From assembly GCA_038208905.1 (NCBI GenBank), contig JBBQYG010000006.1, positions 1 to 55,691 on the forward strand: DNA of 55,691 bases, in the 5' to 3' direction. Origin of the DNA: Candidatus Sumerlaeia bacterium (GTDB taxonomy: Bacteria > Sumerlaeota > Sumerlaeia > SLMS01). The notes beneath the pieces were generated by a model. The model was not told the origin of the DNA. It made no database searches and was given only the letters and a program-made list of their open reading frames with translations. Made by a program: the position numbers and the translations under genes. This document shows, piece after piece, positions 27,767 to 37,743 of the stretch. The first letter of the stretch is position 1; each line of letters starts with the position of its first letter.

Positions 27767-29371
27767 CTACTTGCGGCGGGCGCGCTGGAAGTTCAGGCTG
27801 CCGAGGGAGTTGCGCACGAGGCCCTCGATGTTGGGATTCACGAGGATCGGGTTGGAGTAGGTCAGGATCGGCATGATGGCGCATTCGTCCTTCACCAGGA
27901 TGCGCTCGGCCTCGATCATGTGGTCCTCGCGCTTGACCTGGTCCTTCTCGTTGCGGGCCAGCTTTACAAGCTCGTCATAGCGGGCGTTGCTCATCTTCGG
28001 GCGGTTGAACTCGTTCCCGGTCTCGAACATCTCGATGAATGTCATGGCGTCCATGTAGTCGCCATACCATCCGCTGCGGACGATTTGGAACTCGCCCTTG
28101 CGCGCGCGCTGGAGGCGGATGGACCAGTCCACGGGCTGGAGGCGCACGTCCACGCCAAGGGCCTCCTTCCACATCGCCTGCAACTGCTCTCCGATCATCT
28201 TGTGATCCTCGAGGGAGTCATAAAGGTACTCCACGGCGGGGAGCGGATTGTCGGGGCTATAGCCGGCCTCTGCGATCAGGCGGCGGGCCTCCTCCACGTT
28301 GCGCGGGCCGATCAGGTCGCCGGCATGCTCGCGAAAGGTGCCGCCGCGGGGGCTGGGCAGGGTCTCGGGAATGATGCCGCCGGAGACGACTTCCCCGCGG
28401 CGCAGCAGGCGATCGGTCAGGCGCTTGCGGTCGATGCAGATGGAGAACGCACGCCGCACGCGCGCGTCGGTAAAGGGCGCCACCTTGGTGTTGAAGTCCA
28501 GATAGTAGGTGCCAAACATCGTCCACGGCGTGAACTCCGGCTTGCCGCGCCAGCGCTCCACGTCGCCCAGCATCACGCGATAGGTGATGTCCAGGTCGCC
28601 GGTGGAAAAGGCCAGGCTCTCCGTGTTCAGGCTCTCGATGAAGTAGAACTCCACCTTCTTCCAGAAGATCGAATCCTTGTCCCAATAGGTGTCCGCCTTC
28701 GTCATCGCCACGTGATCCTTGGGGCGATAGAGCGACATGCGAAAGGGCCCATTGCCGATATACGTTTCGGGCTTCTGCCACCAAGCGTCTCCGTTGGCCT
28801 CGGCGGTCTTGCGGTTGATCGGAAACCAGCAGGAAAGATCGACGACGGAGGGGAAGTAGGGCATCGGATACGCAAGGTGATAGACGACGGTGTGGGGGCC
28901 CCTCTCCTCCACGGCGGTGAAGGCCTCGGCGCTGTCGAGCCCGCCCGCCGCGTAGAACTTGTCGGCGTCCTTCAGCGCGGAGAGGACGGTCTTGGCATAT
29001 TCCGCGGCCAGGCGCTTGGTCAGCACGCGCTTGATGCCATAGGCATAGTCGGTGGAGGTCACCGGCGTGCCATCGTGCCACTTGGCGTTGGGCTGAAGCT
29101 GGAACGTCCAAACGGTATAGTCGTCATTGTGCTCCCAGCTCGCCGCGCCCGCGGGAATCGGTTGGGAGTCGCCATCGAGGCCGATCAGCCCCTCCATCAA
29201 GCCCCGGATCACGCGCCCGCCGATGACGCTCTGGTTCATCGATGGGTCAAAGGTCTCCGGCTCCGCGCCCAGGTTGATCTTCAGCGTGGTGCGGCGGTCC
29301 TCGGCCGATTGGGAAAACGCGGACGAGGTAATGGCCAGAATCATCAGGACAATCGAGAGGAAACGCGACAC
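27767..29371 (-). CDS. oppA: Oligopeptide ABC transporter substrate-binding protein
   Basis: EPETFDP, AKWHDGTPVT, GNGPF, DARVRRAFS, GWYGDYMDA; GTG start with GGAGG RBS; signal peptide. Confidence 0.9.
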   Translation of the reverse strand: MSRFLSIVLMILAITSSAFSQSAEDRRTTLKINLGAEPETFDPSMNQSVIGGRVIRGLMEGLIGLDGDSQPIPAGAASWEHNDDYTVWTFQLQPNAKWHDGTPVTSTDYAYGIKRVLTKRLAAEYAKTVLSALKDADKFYAAGGLDSAEAFTAVEERGPHTVVYHLAYPMPYFPSVVDLSCWFPINRKTAEANGDAWWQKPETYIGNGPFRMSLYRPKDHVAMTKADTYWDKDSIFWKKVEFYFIESLNTESLAFSTGDLDITYRVMLGDVERWRGKPEFTPWTMFGTYYLDFNTKVAPFTDARVRRAFSICIDRKRLTDRLLRRGEVVSGGIIPETLPSPRGGTFREHAGDLIGPRNVEEARRLIAEAGYSPDNPLPAVEYLYDSLEDHKMIGEQLQAMWKEALGVDVRLQPVDWSIRLQRARKGEFQIVRSGWYGDYMDAMTFIEMFETGNEFNRPKMSNARYDELVKLARNEKDQVKREDHMIEAERILVKDECAIMPILTYSNPILVNPNIEGLVRNSLGSLNFQRARRK

Positions 29372-29724
29372 GGGCAGGGCCTCCGGCAAAGGGCGGGGTG
29401 TTTGATTGGCCAAGGCGACCACGGGTTGTGGGGGGATGGCAAGAAAGACTGTGGCCCCGGGCGATCGAATCCGCCGACGGGAGCAGCTTCCCCAGGTCGT
29501 CGCCAAGGAACTGGGTCCTGCGGGCCCCCGCAATGATCCAGGAGACGACCTTCATGCTCACGCCCTGCTCGTGGCGGACGGCAAATCCGTCGGCAATGAG
29601 GCGCTGAATGGTCTCCACAGTGAGAGCGCGGGCATGCCGGTAGGAGATCACGGAGGCGTGTGTGATGAACGGATGCACCCCCGGTGGCAGCGCGCACGAC
29701 GTATCGGAGCCGGGGCGGCCTCAT
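29247..29724 (-). pseudogene. Truncated/frameshifted putative toxin partner of the Panacea gene
   Basis: ATGA-coupled start (MRP) is out of frame with the protein-like segment DTSCALPPGVHPFITHASVISYRHAR. That frame runs on into oppA. Confidence 0.45.
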
Positions 29725-30278
29725 CCGGCATTCCGGGAATAGGCGGCAAGGAGGGAATCAGTCCGCTGAAGGGAGAGGATCTCCTCGCGTTCCTCGTCGC
29801 CCTTGCCGAGCGCCCGGAGGATATCGTCGAGCGAAATCGGGCGCGAGGACGGGCCGGGATTCCGCCACTCTGGAAAGCGATGGGTCAGCTCGCTCAACTC
29901 CCAGGGATCGTGGTCGCCATACGCATTGTATATCTCGCGGGCCAGGTCGGCATCCGCCGCCGAAAGCGTTATCGGCGGCAATTGGATGAGGTTGACGTAG
30001 TAGGAATCGGACGCCATGTGCTGCATCCAGCGGCATCCCAACCCCGAGGCGGATGGCGACGCCGCCTTCATCAGGTCGTAGGTGTTCGAGAGCACGGGAC
30101 CCCACTTCATCGAGTAGGGCTGGTCGCCGGTGATGGGGCTCCCCCATCGGTCGAGGGCGGCTCGCTCGCAAAGCTACATTAGCTTGAGCAGCCTGACGCG
30201 ATCCAGCGATCCCCCCGCCATCTCCAGAAGGAGAGCGGCGAGCTGGGTTGCCTTGTTCTCGTCGAAATGCCAATCTAT
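29721..30278 (-). pseudogene. Panacea (DUF4065/SocA-like) antitoxin pseudogene
   Basis: FDENKATQLAALLL...LLKLM*LCERAAL..WGSPITGD....MKWGPV...WELSELTH.FPEW. In-frame TAG at 30174-30176 replaces the usual Tyr; no canonical start codon (ATA at 30278). Confidence 0.75.
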
Positions 30279-30404
30279 GGCAGGCGTCGCGATTCCCTAG
30301 GATGGCGCAAGGTTGCCCAACCCGGTGCCTGCGGTCAAGTGGGAGGCGAATGCCCCCCCACCTTCCAGTGGCCCCGCCCGCCACCCCGTGGTCGCAATGG
30401 CGCC

Positions 30405-31592
30405 ATGATCCCCGATCCCGCACATCCCCCCGCCCGATGGGTCCAGGTGGAAACAGCCCCGTGGGAGCACGCGATGCGCTTGCCGGGGCATCACCTGGCG
30501 GAGTGGCTGGCCGCGCGCGGGCGGCGGGTCGCGTATGTCAGCGCGCCGGTGTCGCCGTGGCACTTTCTATCCGGCGCGCGTCGGGCCGAGGCGCGCCGCC
30601 GGTGGTCGCTGGAGGGAGCGCGCGGCCGGTGGCGCACCCCGCGCATATACACGATGATCCCCCGCACGATGCTTCCGGTGCATCGGTCCCCCATGCTGGA
30701 CACCGATTTCGCGTGGCGGTGGAGCGAGCGCCTGACGATACCGCGTGCCTCGCGCGTGCTGGCGGCGGAGGGCTTTGCCGGCGCCGAAGTGCTGACGATG
30801 CACAACCTCCAGTTGGCTGGCCTGCTGGATGCGCTGCCGCATCGGCGATTCGTGCTGAGGCTTGAGGACGACATCGCCGGGTTCCCCGAGATGCCACGTG
30901 CCATCGTCCGCAACGAGGCCGAGCTGATCGCGCGCGCCGACATCGTGACGGTAACGGCGGCGCGCCTGCGCGCAAAGGCCCACGCCGCCGGCGCGCGCCG
31001 CGTGGTTGATGTTCCCAACGGCGTCGATACGGCGCGGTTCCGGCGGCCAGAATCGTTGCCCCCACGCCCCGCAGACCTTCCGCCGGGGCCCGTGGCGATC
31101 TATGTGGGGGCGCTGGACAGTTGGTTTGACGAGGAGCTGCTGGCCGAGGTCGCGACCCGCCTGAAAGGCTGGAACTTCGCGCTGATCGGACCGCCGCGGC
31201 GGGAATTCGCCAAGCTGCGCGCACTCTCCAATGTCCACTTCCTCGGCCCGCGCGCTCCGTCGCTGGTTCCCGCCTACCTGTGGCATTCGCAAGCCGGCCT
31301 GATCCCGTTCCGGCGAATCCCGCTGATCGAGAGCGTCAGTCCGCTCAAGCTCTTCGAATACCTGGCCGCCGGGCTCCCCGTGGTCGCGACGCGTTGGGAG
31401 GAAATCGAGCGCCTCGCCAGCCCCGCGCGGCTCGCCGCCGAGGCGCCGGAGTTCGCCGATTCGCTGGAGGAATCCCTCGCCTCGCCCGCCGACGGCGTTG
31501 CGTGGGCGGGCGCCTACGACTGGGATGCGATCTTTCAGCGGCTCGACGCGGCGGTTGAGAACATCGCCGAATCTTCGCCCTCCGGAGCTTGA
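30405..31592 (+). CDS. GT-B glycosyltransferase (TuaH-like)
   Basis: VPNGVD, YVGALDSWFD, SPLKLFEYLAAGLPVV. Confidence 0.88.
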   Translation: MIPDPAHPPARWVQVETAPWEHAMRLPGHHLAEWLAARGRRVAYVSAPVSPWHFLSGARRAEARRRWSLEGARGRWRTPRIYTMIPRTMLPVHRSPMLDTDFAWRWSERLTIPRASRVLAAEGFAGAEVLTMHNLQLAGLLDALPHRRFVLRLEDDIAGFPEMPRAIVRNEAELIARADIVTVTAARLRAKAHAAGARRVVDVPNGVDTARFRRPESLPPRPADLPPGPVAIYVGALDSWFDEELLAEVATRLKGWNFALIGPPRREFAKLRALSNVHFLGPRAPSLVPAYLWHSQAGLIPFRRIPLIESVSPLKLFEYLAAGLPVVATRWEEIERLASPARLAAEAPEFADSLEESLASPADGVAWAGAYDWDAIFQRLDAAVENIAESSPSGA

Positions 31593-31625
31593 CGCGGTGG
31601 ACGCCGCCCGCGTCTATACACGCCG

Positions 31626-33197
31626 ATGGCTCCCAGCGGCAACGAAACAACCGGCGACATGGAATGGACGACGCGCGAGTGGCGTCTGGTCTGGATCGCC
31701 TGCGCCGTGGCTGTCGCGCTCAGGTTCGCCTTTGGCGGACGCGGCTTCTGGCTCGACGAATACTGGACGCTGCACGCGGCAATGCTGCCGACGGATGCCC
31801 TGATCCGCGAGCGCGTTTCGGCGGGTCATTCCCCGCTGACGTTTTTCCTCGCCAAGGCGTTTCTCCCGCTCGACTTCCTCGGAGAGCGCGGCCTGAGGCT
31901 GGGCTCCGCAGTGGCGTCGGGCGCGGCGGTGGCCGGGATGGCTGCCCTGGCGACACGGCTGGGACTGAAGCGCCTGCTTCCCATCGTGCTCGCGCTCTCG
32001 GTCGCGTGCCCCCACTGGCAGCAGATCGGCACGGAGTTCCGCTACACGATGCCCCTGGTGGCGACGGCGGCGTGGCTGTGGTGGGCGGCGGTGGGATACG
32101 CGCGGGAGGGTACCTGGCGACGCGCGTGTACCCTGATGGGGCTGGCGACGCTTTGCTCGTATATACACGGCAGCGGATTCTTCGTCGTCGCCTCCGTCAT
32201 GGTGTTCCTGATAGCGGCCCCGCGGGCGGGTTTCGGCGGCGGATGGCGTCGCGCGGTCGGCGGCGTCGGCGCCGTGTCGGTCGCGCTGGCATGCGTGGTT
32301 CCGCTCATGCTCGCCCTCCGGCCGCGCCTTGCGGAGAGCCCCGCGCGCAAGGGATTCGTGCCGTTTGACATGCTGCACAACTTGGCGGAAAGCTTCTTCT
32401 CCACCACGCTCGCCCCCCAGGCGATCATGGGTCTTGGGCCCGACTTTTTCCGCGTGGTGGAAATAGCGTTGATTGTCGCGGGCGTTGCCCTTGCCCTCTC
32501 CGCGCGAAGGGACCCGGGAGGCGCGGCCCTGCCAAAGTGGTGGATCTTCCTCGCCGTGGCCGGCTTCTTTGCCGCGCAGGCCATCTATTCCGCGACGGTC
32601 TCCAACGTGCAGGGAACGCTCCGCTACAGCGCCGCGCTCTCGGTGCCGTGCATCGTCCTGCTGGCGATCGGGTGGGACGCCGCCGTTGTACGCGGCGGGG
32701 GCCTTGCCGCGGCCTGGCGATGGGCCCTCGGCGGAGTGGTGGCGGTGCTGCTCGCCGCGGAATGCGCCAACCCCGGCCCATGGCATCGCGAGTCCATCCG
32801 CTGGCTCGCCGACCACCGCGCCCCCGATCAGCCCGTGGTCACCTACGGCCGCACGGTCAACCTGCTCGCCTTTTCGTTTCACGAATTCCCCCCCGGGGGC
32901 GCCATCGCCGGCATCGAGACGATCACCGAAACGCGCGAGCAGGCCTTCGCGATCCTTCGCGAAACGTGGGCCCCGGGCGATTCCGCATTCCTTTTCCAGT
33001 ACCGCAGCAGCGATGATTTTGTGGAGGAGTCCCTTGATCGCCTGACCGCCGAGGGCTTTGTGACATACCGCAGGGAGTGGCGCGCCACCAGCGAACTCCG
33101 CATCATCGGCGTCGCCCGCAACGAAGCCGGAAAGGCGCGGCTGGAGGCGCTGCCGGAACTGCGGGTGTCGCCGCTACTTCCATCAGCAAGACGGTAG
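31626..33197 (+). CDS. GT-C-type (PMT/ArnT-like) multi-TM glycosyltransferase
   Basis: FWLDE after TM1, GHSPL, LRL.S, EFRYT, many TM helices. Confidence 0.7.
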   Translation: MAPSGNETTGDMEWTTREWRLVWIACAVAVALRFAFGGRGFWLDEYWTLHAAMLPTDALIRERVSAGHSPLTFFLAKAFLPLDFLGERGLRLGSAVASGAAVAGMAALATRLGLKRLLPIVLALSVACPHWQQIGTEFRYTMPLVATAAWLWWAAVGYAREGTWRRACTLMGLATLCSYIHGSGFFVVASVMVFLIAAPRAGFGGGWRRAVGGVGAVSVALACVVPLMLALRPRLAESPARKGFVPFDMLHNLAESFFSTTLAPQAIMGLGPDFFRVVEIALIVAGVALALSARRDPGGAALPKWWIFLAVAGFFAAQAIYSATVSNVQGTLRYSAALSVPCIVLLAIGWDAAVVRGGGLAAAWRWALGGVVAVLLAAECANPGPWHRESIRWLADHRAPDQPVVTYGRTVNLLAFSFHEFPPGGAIAGIETITETREQAFAILRETWAPGDSAFLFQYRSSDDFVEESLDRLTAEGFVTYRREWRATSELRIIGVARNEAGKARLEALPELRVSPLLPSARR

Positions 33198-33282
33198 CAT
33201 GGGCGTCTCGTCCATGTGGGTGTACCCGCAGGCACCGCTACGCCCGGGGGCTGGTGGTGCATGGACGGGATGTCCATGCCAC
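33194..33282. repeat. REP-like doublet (REPIN) between convergent genes
   Basis: GTAGCATGGGCGTCTCGTCCATG (33194-33216) and an inverted copy GTGGCATGGACATCCCGTCCATG (minus strand, 33260-33282). Each is a GTRG tetranucleotide plus an imperfect palindrome. Confidence 0.7.
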
Positions 33283-33316
33283 CGTGGGCGGCGCCGCTGT
33301 TTTGCGCGTTCCCTGC

Positions 33317-33838
33317 TCAGTTGCTCGGCGGCTGGTGGTCCCCCGTTGCCATCTCCAGCGCCTTCTCCAGCACCGGATCGCCATTCAGGAAGTCGCCATC
33401 AATCGGAACATCCGGCGCCAGCCCGATGCCCTCGAACGGGGTGCCGTCGGGTTGCAGCGACTGCCAACGCGACATGATCAGCTTGTAGTCGTTGGGGAGC
33501 GGCTCCGCGGGGAACCCCGCGGCGGAGGCGAATCCCCGGGCGTTGAGGCAGTTGATCGAGAGCGAGTACGTCGTCTCCGGCTTGAGCCTTACCGGCATCG
33601 CCACCGTGTCGGGCGCTGTGTTTCGGATCGTGCCGACGATCTCGGGGAAGCTCTCTCCCCCGCCGCAGAACGACCATGATCCCTGCTTCATCGGCCGATC
33701 AAAACGCACAACGATCCCGGCGGGACCGGGGCTCACGTGGCGCGCGTTCAACGTGGGAGTGGTCGCGATGACGATGGGCGCATCGGCGCGCGTGATGGCG
33801 CCAAGCAAGAGGAGAAAAATCGTGAGGACGAGCCGCAT
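33317..33838 (-). CDS. Secreted Ig-like (Big_5) domain fused to the C-terminal tail of an S41 peptidase; probable internal deletion
   Basis: Signal peptide; VRFDRPM...LKPETTYSLSIN; then LPN...PDGTPFEGIGLAPDVP...DPVLEKALE. Confidence 0.6.
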   Translation of the reverse strand: MRLVLTIFLLLLGAITRADAPIVIATTPTLNARHVSPGPAGIVVRFDRPMKQGSWSFCGGGESFPEIVGTIRNTAPDTVAMPVRLKPETTYSLSINCLNARGFASAAGFPAEPLPNDYKLIMSRWQSLQPDGTPFEGIGLAPDVPIDGDFLNGDPVLEKALEMATGDHQPPSN

Positions 33839-33851
33839 TGGCTGGCCTCCG

Positions 33852-34601
33852 TTAGCGGTACTTCTTCACGAGCGCGGCGAACTCAAGAATCGCCTTGAGG
33901 AAATCGCGGCCCTTCACCGTGGAGCCCTTCACGTCCTCCCACCGGCGGAGAGGCTGCTCGAAAATATGGTCGGCGGGATTGCCGAGTCGCCGCTTGCGGC
34001 ACGCGATCTTGTAGCGCGCCAGAAGCTCCACGTCGAAGATCCACTTGGAGATGAAGCGCTCCCTGAACAGCCCGCGCACAGCCCGCGTGTTGCGGAACAG
34101 CTTCGCGCCGCACTGGGTATCGTAGATCGCCATGCGCAGATAGTTGGACGCCACAGTGGCGAAGATTCGCCCCAGGTAGTGCCGCAGCGTTTGGCGCTGG
34201 ATGTCGCGCCCCAGAAGCTGCACGCGCGAGCCCAGCACCATGTCCAGCGTGGGATTGGCGTGGACGATTTCGAGGAACGTTGGAATCTCGTCCAGCGGCG
34301 TCGCCAGATCCGCGTCCCAGAATCCCACGTAGTCGGGATCGGACTTGAATGCCTTAAGGAACCCGCGCCGCACCGCCTCGGCCTTGCCGCCGTTGGGCTG
34401 CACGTCCAGCACGTCGATCACAGCCGGCTCCGCATCGCGGAGCGAACGCAGCACCGCCAACGTGCCATCCTTGCTGCCATCGTTCACCATCAGGAACTTG
34501 ACGCCACCGAGGTGTGCGATGCGCGCAAACGCGAGGATCGTCTCTGCGGGGAGGCGCTTCTCCTCGTTGTAGCAGGGCACGACGATGATGGCTCCAGGCA
34601 T
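33852..34601 (-). CDS. GT2, dolichyl-phosphate beta-glucosyltransferase-like
   Basis: VVPCYNE, VNDGSKD, GKAEAVR, FWDADLAT, DTQCGAK, WIFDVEL. Confidence 0.9.
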   Translation of the reverse strand: MPGAIIVVPCYNEEKRLPAETILAFARIAHLGGVKFLMVNDGSKDGTLAVLRSLRDAEPAVIDVLDVQPNGGKAEAVRRGFLKAFKSDPDYVGFWDADLATPLDEIPTFLEIVHANPTLDMVLGSRVQLLGRDIQRQTLRHYLGRIFATVASNYLRMAIYDTQCGAKLFRNTRAVRGLFRERFISKWIFDVELLARYKIACRKRRLGNPADHIFEQPLRRWEDVKGSTVKGRDFLKAILEFAALVKKYR

Positions 34602-34736
34602 CGGGGGCTCGCAATCGGTGGCGTGAAGGCGTTGGGAGCATGGGAGCGGCGCCGCCCATGGCCAACGGGAAAAACGCTCCGGTCGCGTTGGCATTGACGC
34701 GCCGCCTTGCTCCGCAGTCATTTTCGCCCTGCCTGC

Positions 34737-34826
34737 GGAGGCTTGGCCGAGTGGTTTAAGGCACCTGACTTGAAATCAGACGTACCTGCAAGGGTACCGG
34801 GGGTTCGAATCCCTCAGCCTCCGCCA
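34737..34826 (+). tRNA. tRNA-Ser(TGA)
   Basis: GGAGGCT acceptor stem, GAGTGGTTTAAGGC, anticodon loop CTTGAAA, long variable arm, GGTTCGAATCC, GCCA end. Confidence 0.96.
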
Positions 34827-34848
34827 TTTCCCAAAATACATCTGGCCG

Positions 34849-36351
34849 TCACGGCGCCACGGGATCGCGCTCCCTCAGCGAGAAACTCCCGCGCGAACGA
34901 ATCTCCCCGTGGAGAGGCGTTTCCGTTTCCTTCTTCGTCACGATGAAGCGCACGTTGTGGGCAACCTTCGCCACTTCCCACAGTCCGTCATCCACCACGG
35001 GCCGCAGGTCGATCTTCGTTCCCGCGTGGCTCGCCAGCACCCAATCCTCATAGCCCCAGAATCCGGGGATCCCGCGCGCGTCCAGAGCGAGGATCTCCAC
35101 CTGGCCGATGGGCTCCACTCGATAGCGCAGGTAGTTCCCGAGACGCACCATGTCGCGGCTCGGCGGATTGGAGATCAGCAACTCGTCGAAATTCCCAGCC
35201 GTGTGGCGCGCGTCCAGCCCGGCGACGACCACCGCCACCGCGATCACAGCGGGCCTCGGGATCCAACGCGCCAGCAACGCGATCCCCAGCGGCGCCAGCA
35301 ACGCCACCGGCGCAATGAAGGGAATCGCCAGGCGGAACGGCCAATTATTCCCCAGCCCCATCCAGGCCGTGGAGGCGATGACCACCGCCCAAAACGCCGC
35401 CAACAGCCCCCCCGCCGCGCGCGCCCCGCGCCCCGGCGCCATCAGCGCGGCGACCACGCCCACCAGACCGGGAATGACCAGAGTGGGAGTCTGTGCCCAG
35501 GTCTGCCGCGGATAGAAGCTCATGCGGTTGCGGACTCGATTGGCGACCGATTCCACCGCGTCGCTCGCGATCATCGGGCGCATGTTCTCCATGAAGGCAA
35601 ACGCCGACCCCAGGCGGCTGTGACTGCTCCACATCCACAGGAGCGGAAATACCGCCAGCGCCAGCCCCATCGCGCCCCACGCGATGACATCGCGCCACAT
35701 GGCCCGCCGGATCGAAATCGCGAAGAACGCCAGCGCCGCCAACCCCCAAGGCACCGCGAGAAACCATCCCTCGTAGCGTAGCGTCCCGGCCACAACCACA
35801 GCCGCCGTCCCCCATGCCCACGCCCAGGACGGGCGCGCGGAATCCCCGCGCGCCACGTGGTACGCCACCGCGAGCATCGCGCCATAGAGCATCGCGACAA
35901 AGAGCATGTCGGGCTGAGAGGACTTCGACAGCGCCATCACGATCGGCCGCGTGGCGAAACACACCACCCCCGCCAGGGCCACCCACCGCCCCGCGCCCAA
36001 CGCCCTCAATAACGCATAACCCAACCCCGCCGCCAGCAATCCGCAAACCGCGCCATGCACAATCCCAACCACCACCGGGGAACCACCCAGCGCCAGCATC
36101 GAACCCAGAATCCAAAAGTTCCCGCCCAGCCAGATGTGGTCCCACGTTGCGAAGTACGGATCCCGCGTCCACTGAATTGCATAGACCAGACGGCAATACT
36201 CGTCCGACGACGTAAACACCTCCCCCATCCGCGCCACCCCAAGCACGGTCCCGCCAAGCTGCACCGCCAGCGCGGCGAGCAACCACCGCCATTCGGCGCG
36301 GAGAGAGGGCGTGCTGGACGCGTCGTGACACACGGGATCGATTCGCGGCAC
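34849..36351 (-). CDS. Multi-TM membrane protein, possible GT-C glycosyltransferase
   Basis: SSDE after TM1, LRYEGW, many hydrophobic helices. Confidence 0.6.
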   Translation of the reverse strand: MPRIDPVCHDASSTPSLRAEWRWLLAALAVQLGGTVLGVARMGEVFTSSDEYCRLVYAIQWTRDPYFATWDHIWLGGNFWILGSMLALGGSPVVVGIVHGAVCGLLAAGLGYALLRALGAGRWVALAGVVCFATRPIVMALSKSSQPDMLFVAMLYGAMLAVAYHVARGDSARPSWAWAWGTAAVVVAGTLRYEGWFLAVPWGLAALAFFAISIRRAMWRDVIAWGAMGLALAVFPLLWMWSSHSRLGSAFAFMENMRPMIASDAVESVANRVRNRMSFYPRQTWAQTPTLVIPGLVGVVAALMAPGRGARAAGGLLAAFWAVVIASTAWMGLGNNWPFRLAIPFIAPVALLAPLGIALLARWIPRPAVIAVAVVVAGLDARHTAGNFDELLISNPPSRDMVRLGNYLRYRVEPIGQVEILALDARGIPGFWGYEDWVLASHAGTKIDLRPVVDDGLWEVAKVAHNVRFIVTKKETETPLHGEIRSRGSFSLRERDPVAP

Positions 36352-36503
36352 GGATCAAACGCCGCAACGGCGATGAAGGTAAAGCGGGAAGGCGCCCCCT
36401 CGGAACGCCAAACTCCCGTTTGGCGCCGTTGCCGAACGACCCGATGATTACCCGGGGGCACGTCCGTCATCCAGCCGATCGGCAGATCGGCGTTCCCAGA
36501 TGG

Positions 36504-37733
36504 CTAACCGCGCATCAAGTGAAACGCCACCTGCATTACCGCACCCACGATAACGCCAATCAGGCCGCCGAGGCGGACGATGCCCCGGAGTTCCCGCCCG
36601 CTGACGCGCTTGATGGTTTCCTCGATGCGGGCGGCGTCGAACTCCCGGATCTTGGCGGTGACGACGGCGGCGAGGTCGAGTTGCTCGCGGAGGAGCTGCG
36701 GCAGCAGCCGGTGGGCGCGGTCGTCCAGCAGCGCCGCCACGGCGGCGATGGCGCGCTCCCATTCGTCCGAGGGGAGCAGCGCGACCAAGTCGCGCACGGG
36801 TCGGTCGAGCACCATGCGGTCGATTCCAGCGGACGCGGCGGCGGAGACCGCATCGGCGCCCTCGGCGGTAGCGAGCCACTGGGAGAGCGCGCGCGAAATG
36901 CGCGAGGCCGCTGGCCCCTCGGAGAGTATTCCCGGCAGCGCGTCGGCAAGAGTCTCCGCGCTGGCGGATATACGCTCTCCGAGCGCGACGGTCAGGCCGG
37001 GGCTCAGCGCCAGCTCCCGCAGCTCGGCGGCGATTTCCTCCCAGCGCGCCTCCAGCATGTCGTGAATCGTGCGCTCGCCGATGAACATCTTGGCCATGGA
37101 ATACTTGGCGATGATCAGCTCGCGGAGCTTGTTGGAAAGCCGCTCACGCGCGTCCGTGCCGAACTCCTCGCTGCCGAGGTAGGCGGCAAGGCCCTCCTGC
37201 ACAGCGGGGGCCAGCGACGCGAGGCGCGGCGCCAGGGCATCGCGCGCGATGGCGGAAAGCGTGAACGACGCGGGCGGCGCCGAGAGGCGTTGCGCCACGG
37301 CGGGAACCGTCTCCTCCGCGGCGCGCGGGGCGTAGGCGGCAAGTTCCCGCGCCACGCGGTCGCGCGCGGCCAGCAGCGCCGCCCCGTGGTCGGGGCCCGC
37401 GACCACGATCAGCGACCGCGACTCCGTGGCGAGCTTCGCCAGCTCCGAGCGCAGCAGGCCTGCCATCGGCGTGCAAAGGTCCAGCCCCCGCAGGTGCGCC
37501 GCCAGCGTGTCCGAATCCAGCAGATCCCCCGCCACCGTCCGCCCGATGGAATCCGCCAGGCCGTCGCGATTCTTCTCCACAAGGCCGGGAGTCAGCGGCA
37601 CGCGAATTCCAAACACGCTCAGCGGCGCCCTGGGATGGAACAACATCCACACCGCCAGCGCGTTGGTGGCATAACCAACAATCCCACCGGTGAGGGCGCC
37701 TTTTGCGGCTTCGAGAAGGAGGGAGTCTAGCAT
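36504..37733 (-). CDS. DUF445 family membrane protein
   Basis: IVGYATNALAVWMLFHP..., C-terminal EL..IVRLGGLIGVIVG. Confidence 0.85.
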   Translation of the reverse strand: MLDSLLLEAAKGALTGGIVGYATNALAVWMLFHPRAPLSVFGIRVPLTPGLVEKNRDGLADSIGRTVAGDLLDSDTLAAHLRGLDLCTPMAGLLRSELAKLATESRSLIVVAGPDHGAALLAARDRVARELAAYAPRAAEETVPAVAQRLSAPPASFTLSAIARDALAPRLASLAPAVQEGLAAYLGSEEFGTDARERLSNKLRELIIAKYSMAKMFIGERTIHDMLEARWEEIAAELRELALSPGLTVALGERISASAETLADALPGILSEGPAASRISRALSQWLATAEGADAVSAAASAGIDRMVLDRPVRDLVALLPSDEWERAIAAVAALLDDRAHRLLPQLLREQLDLAAVVTAKIREFDAARIEETIKRVSGRELRGIVRLGGLIGVIVGAVMQVAFHLMRG

Positions 37734-37743
37734 GGGGGAAAGG

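Noticed and set aside
30174-30176. TAG recoding or readthrough in the Panacea gene
   Set aside because: TAG terminates many intact genes here (e.g. 7012, 15170, 22058, 55551), and the start codon and partner gene are also damaged.
34737-34826. tRNA-Sec or suppressor tRNA
   Set aside because: The anticodon is TGA (reads UCA, Ser), not TCA, and the acceptor stem is a normal 7 bp.
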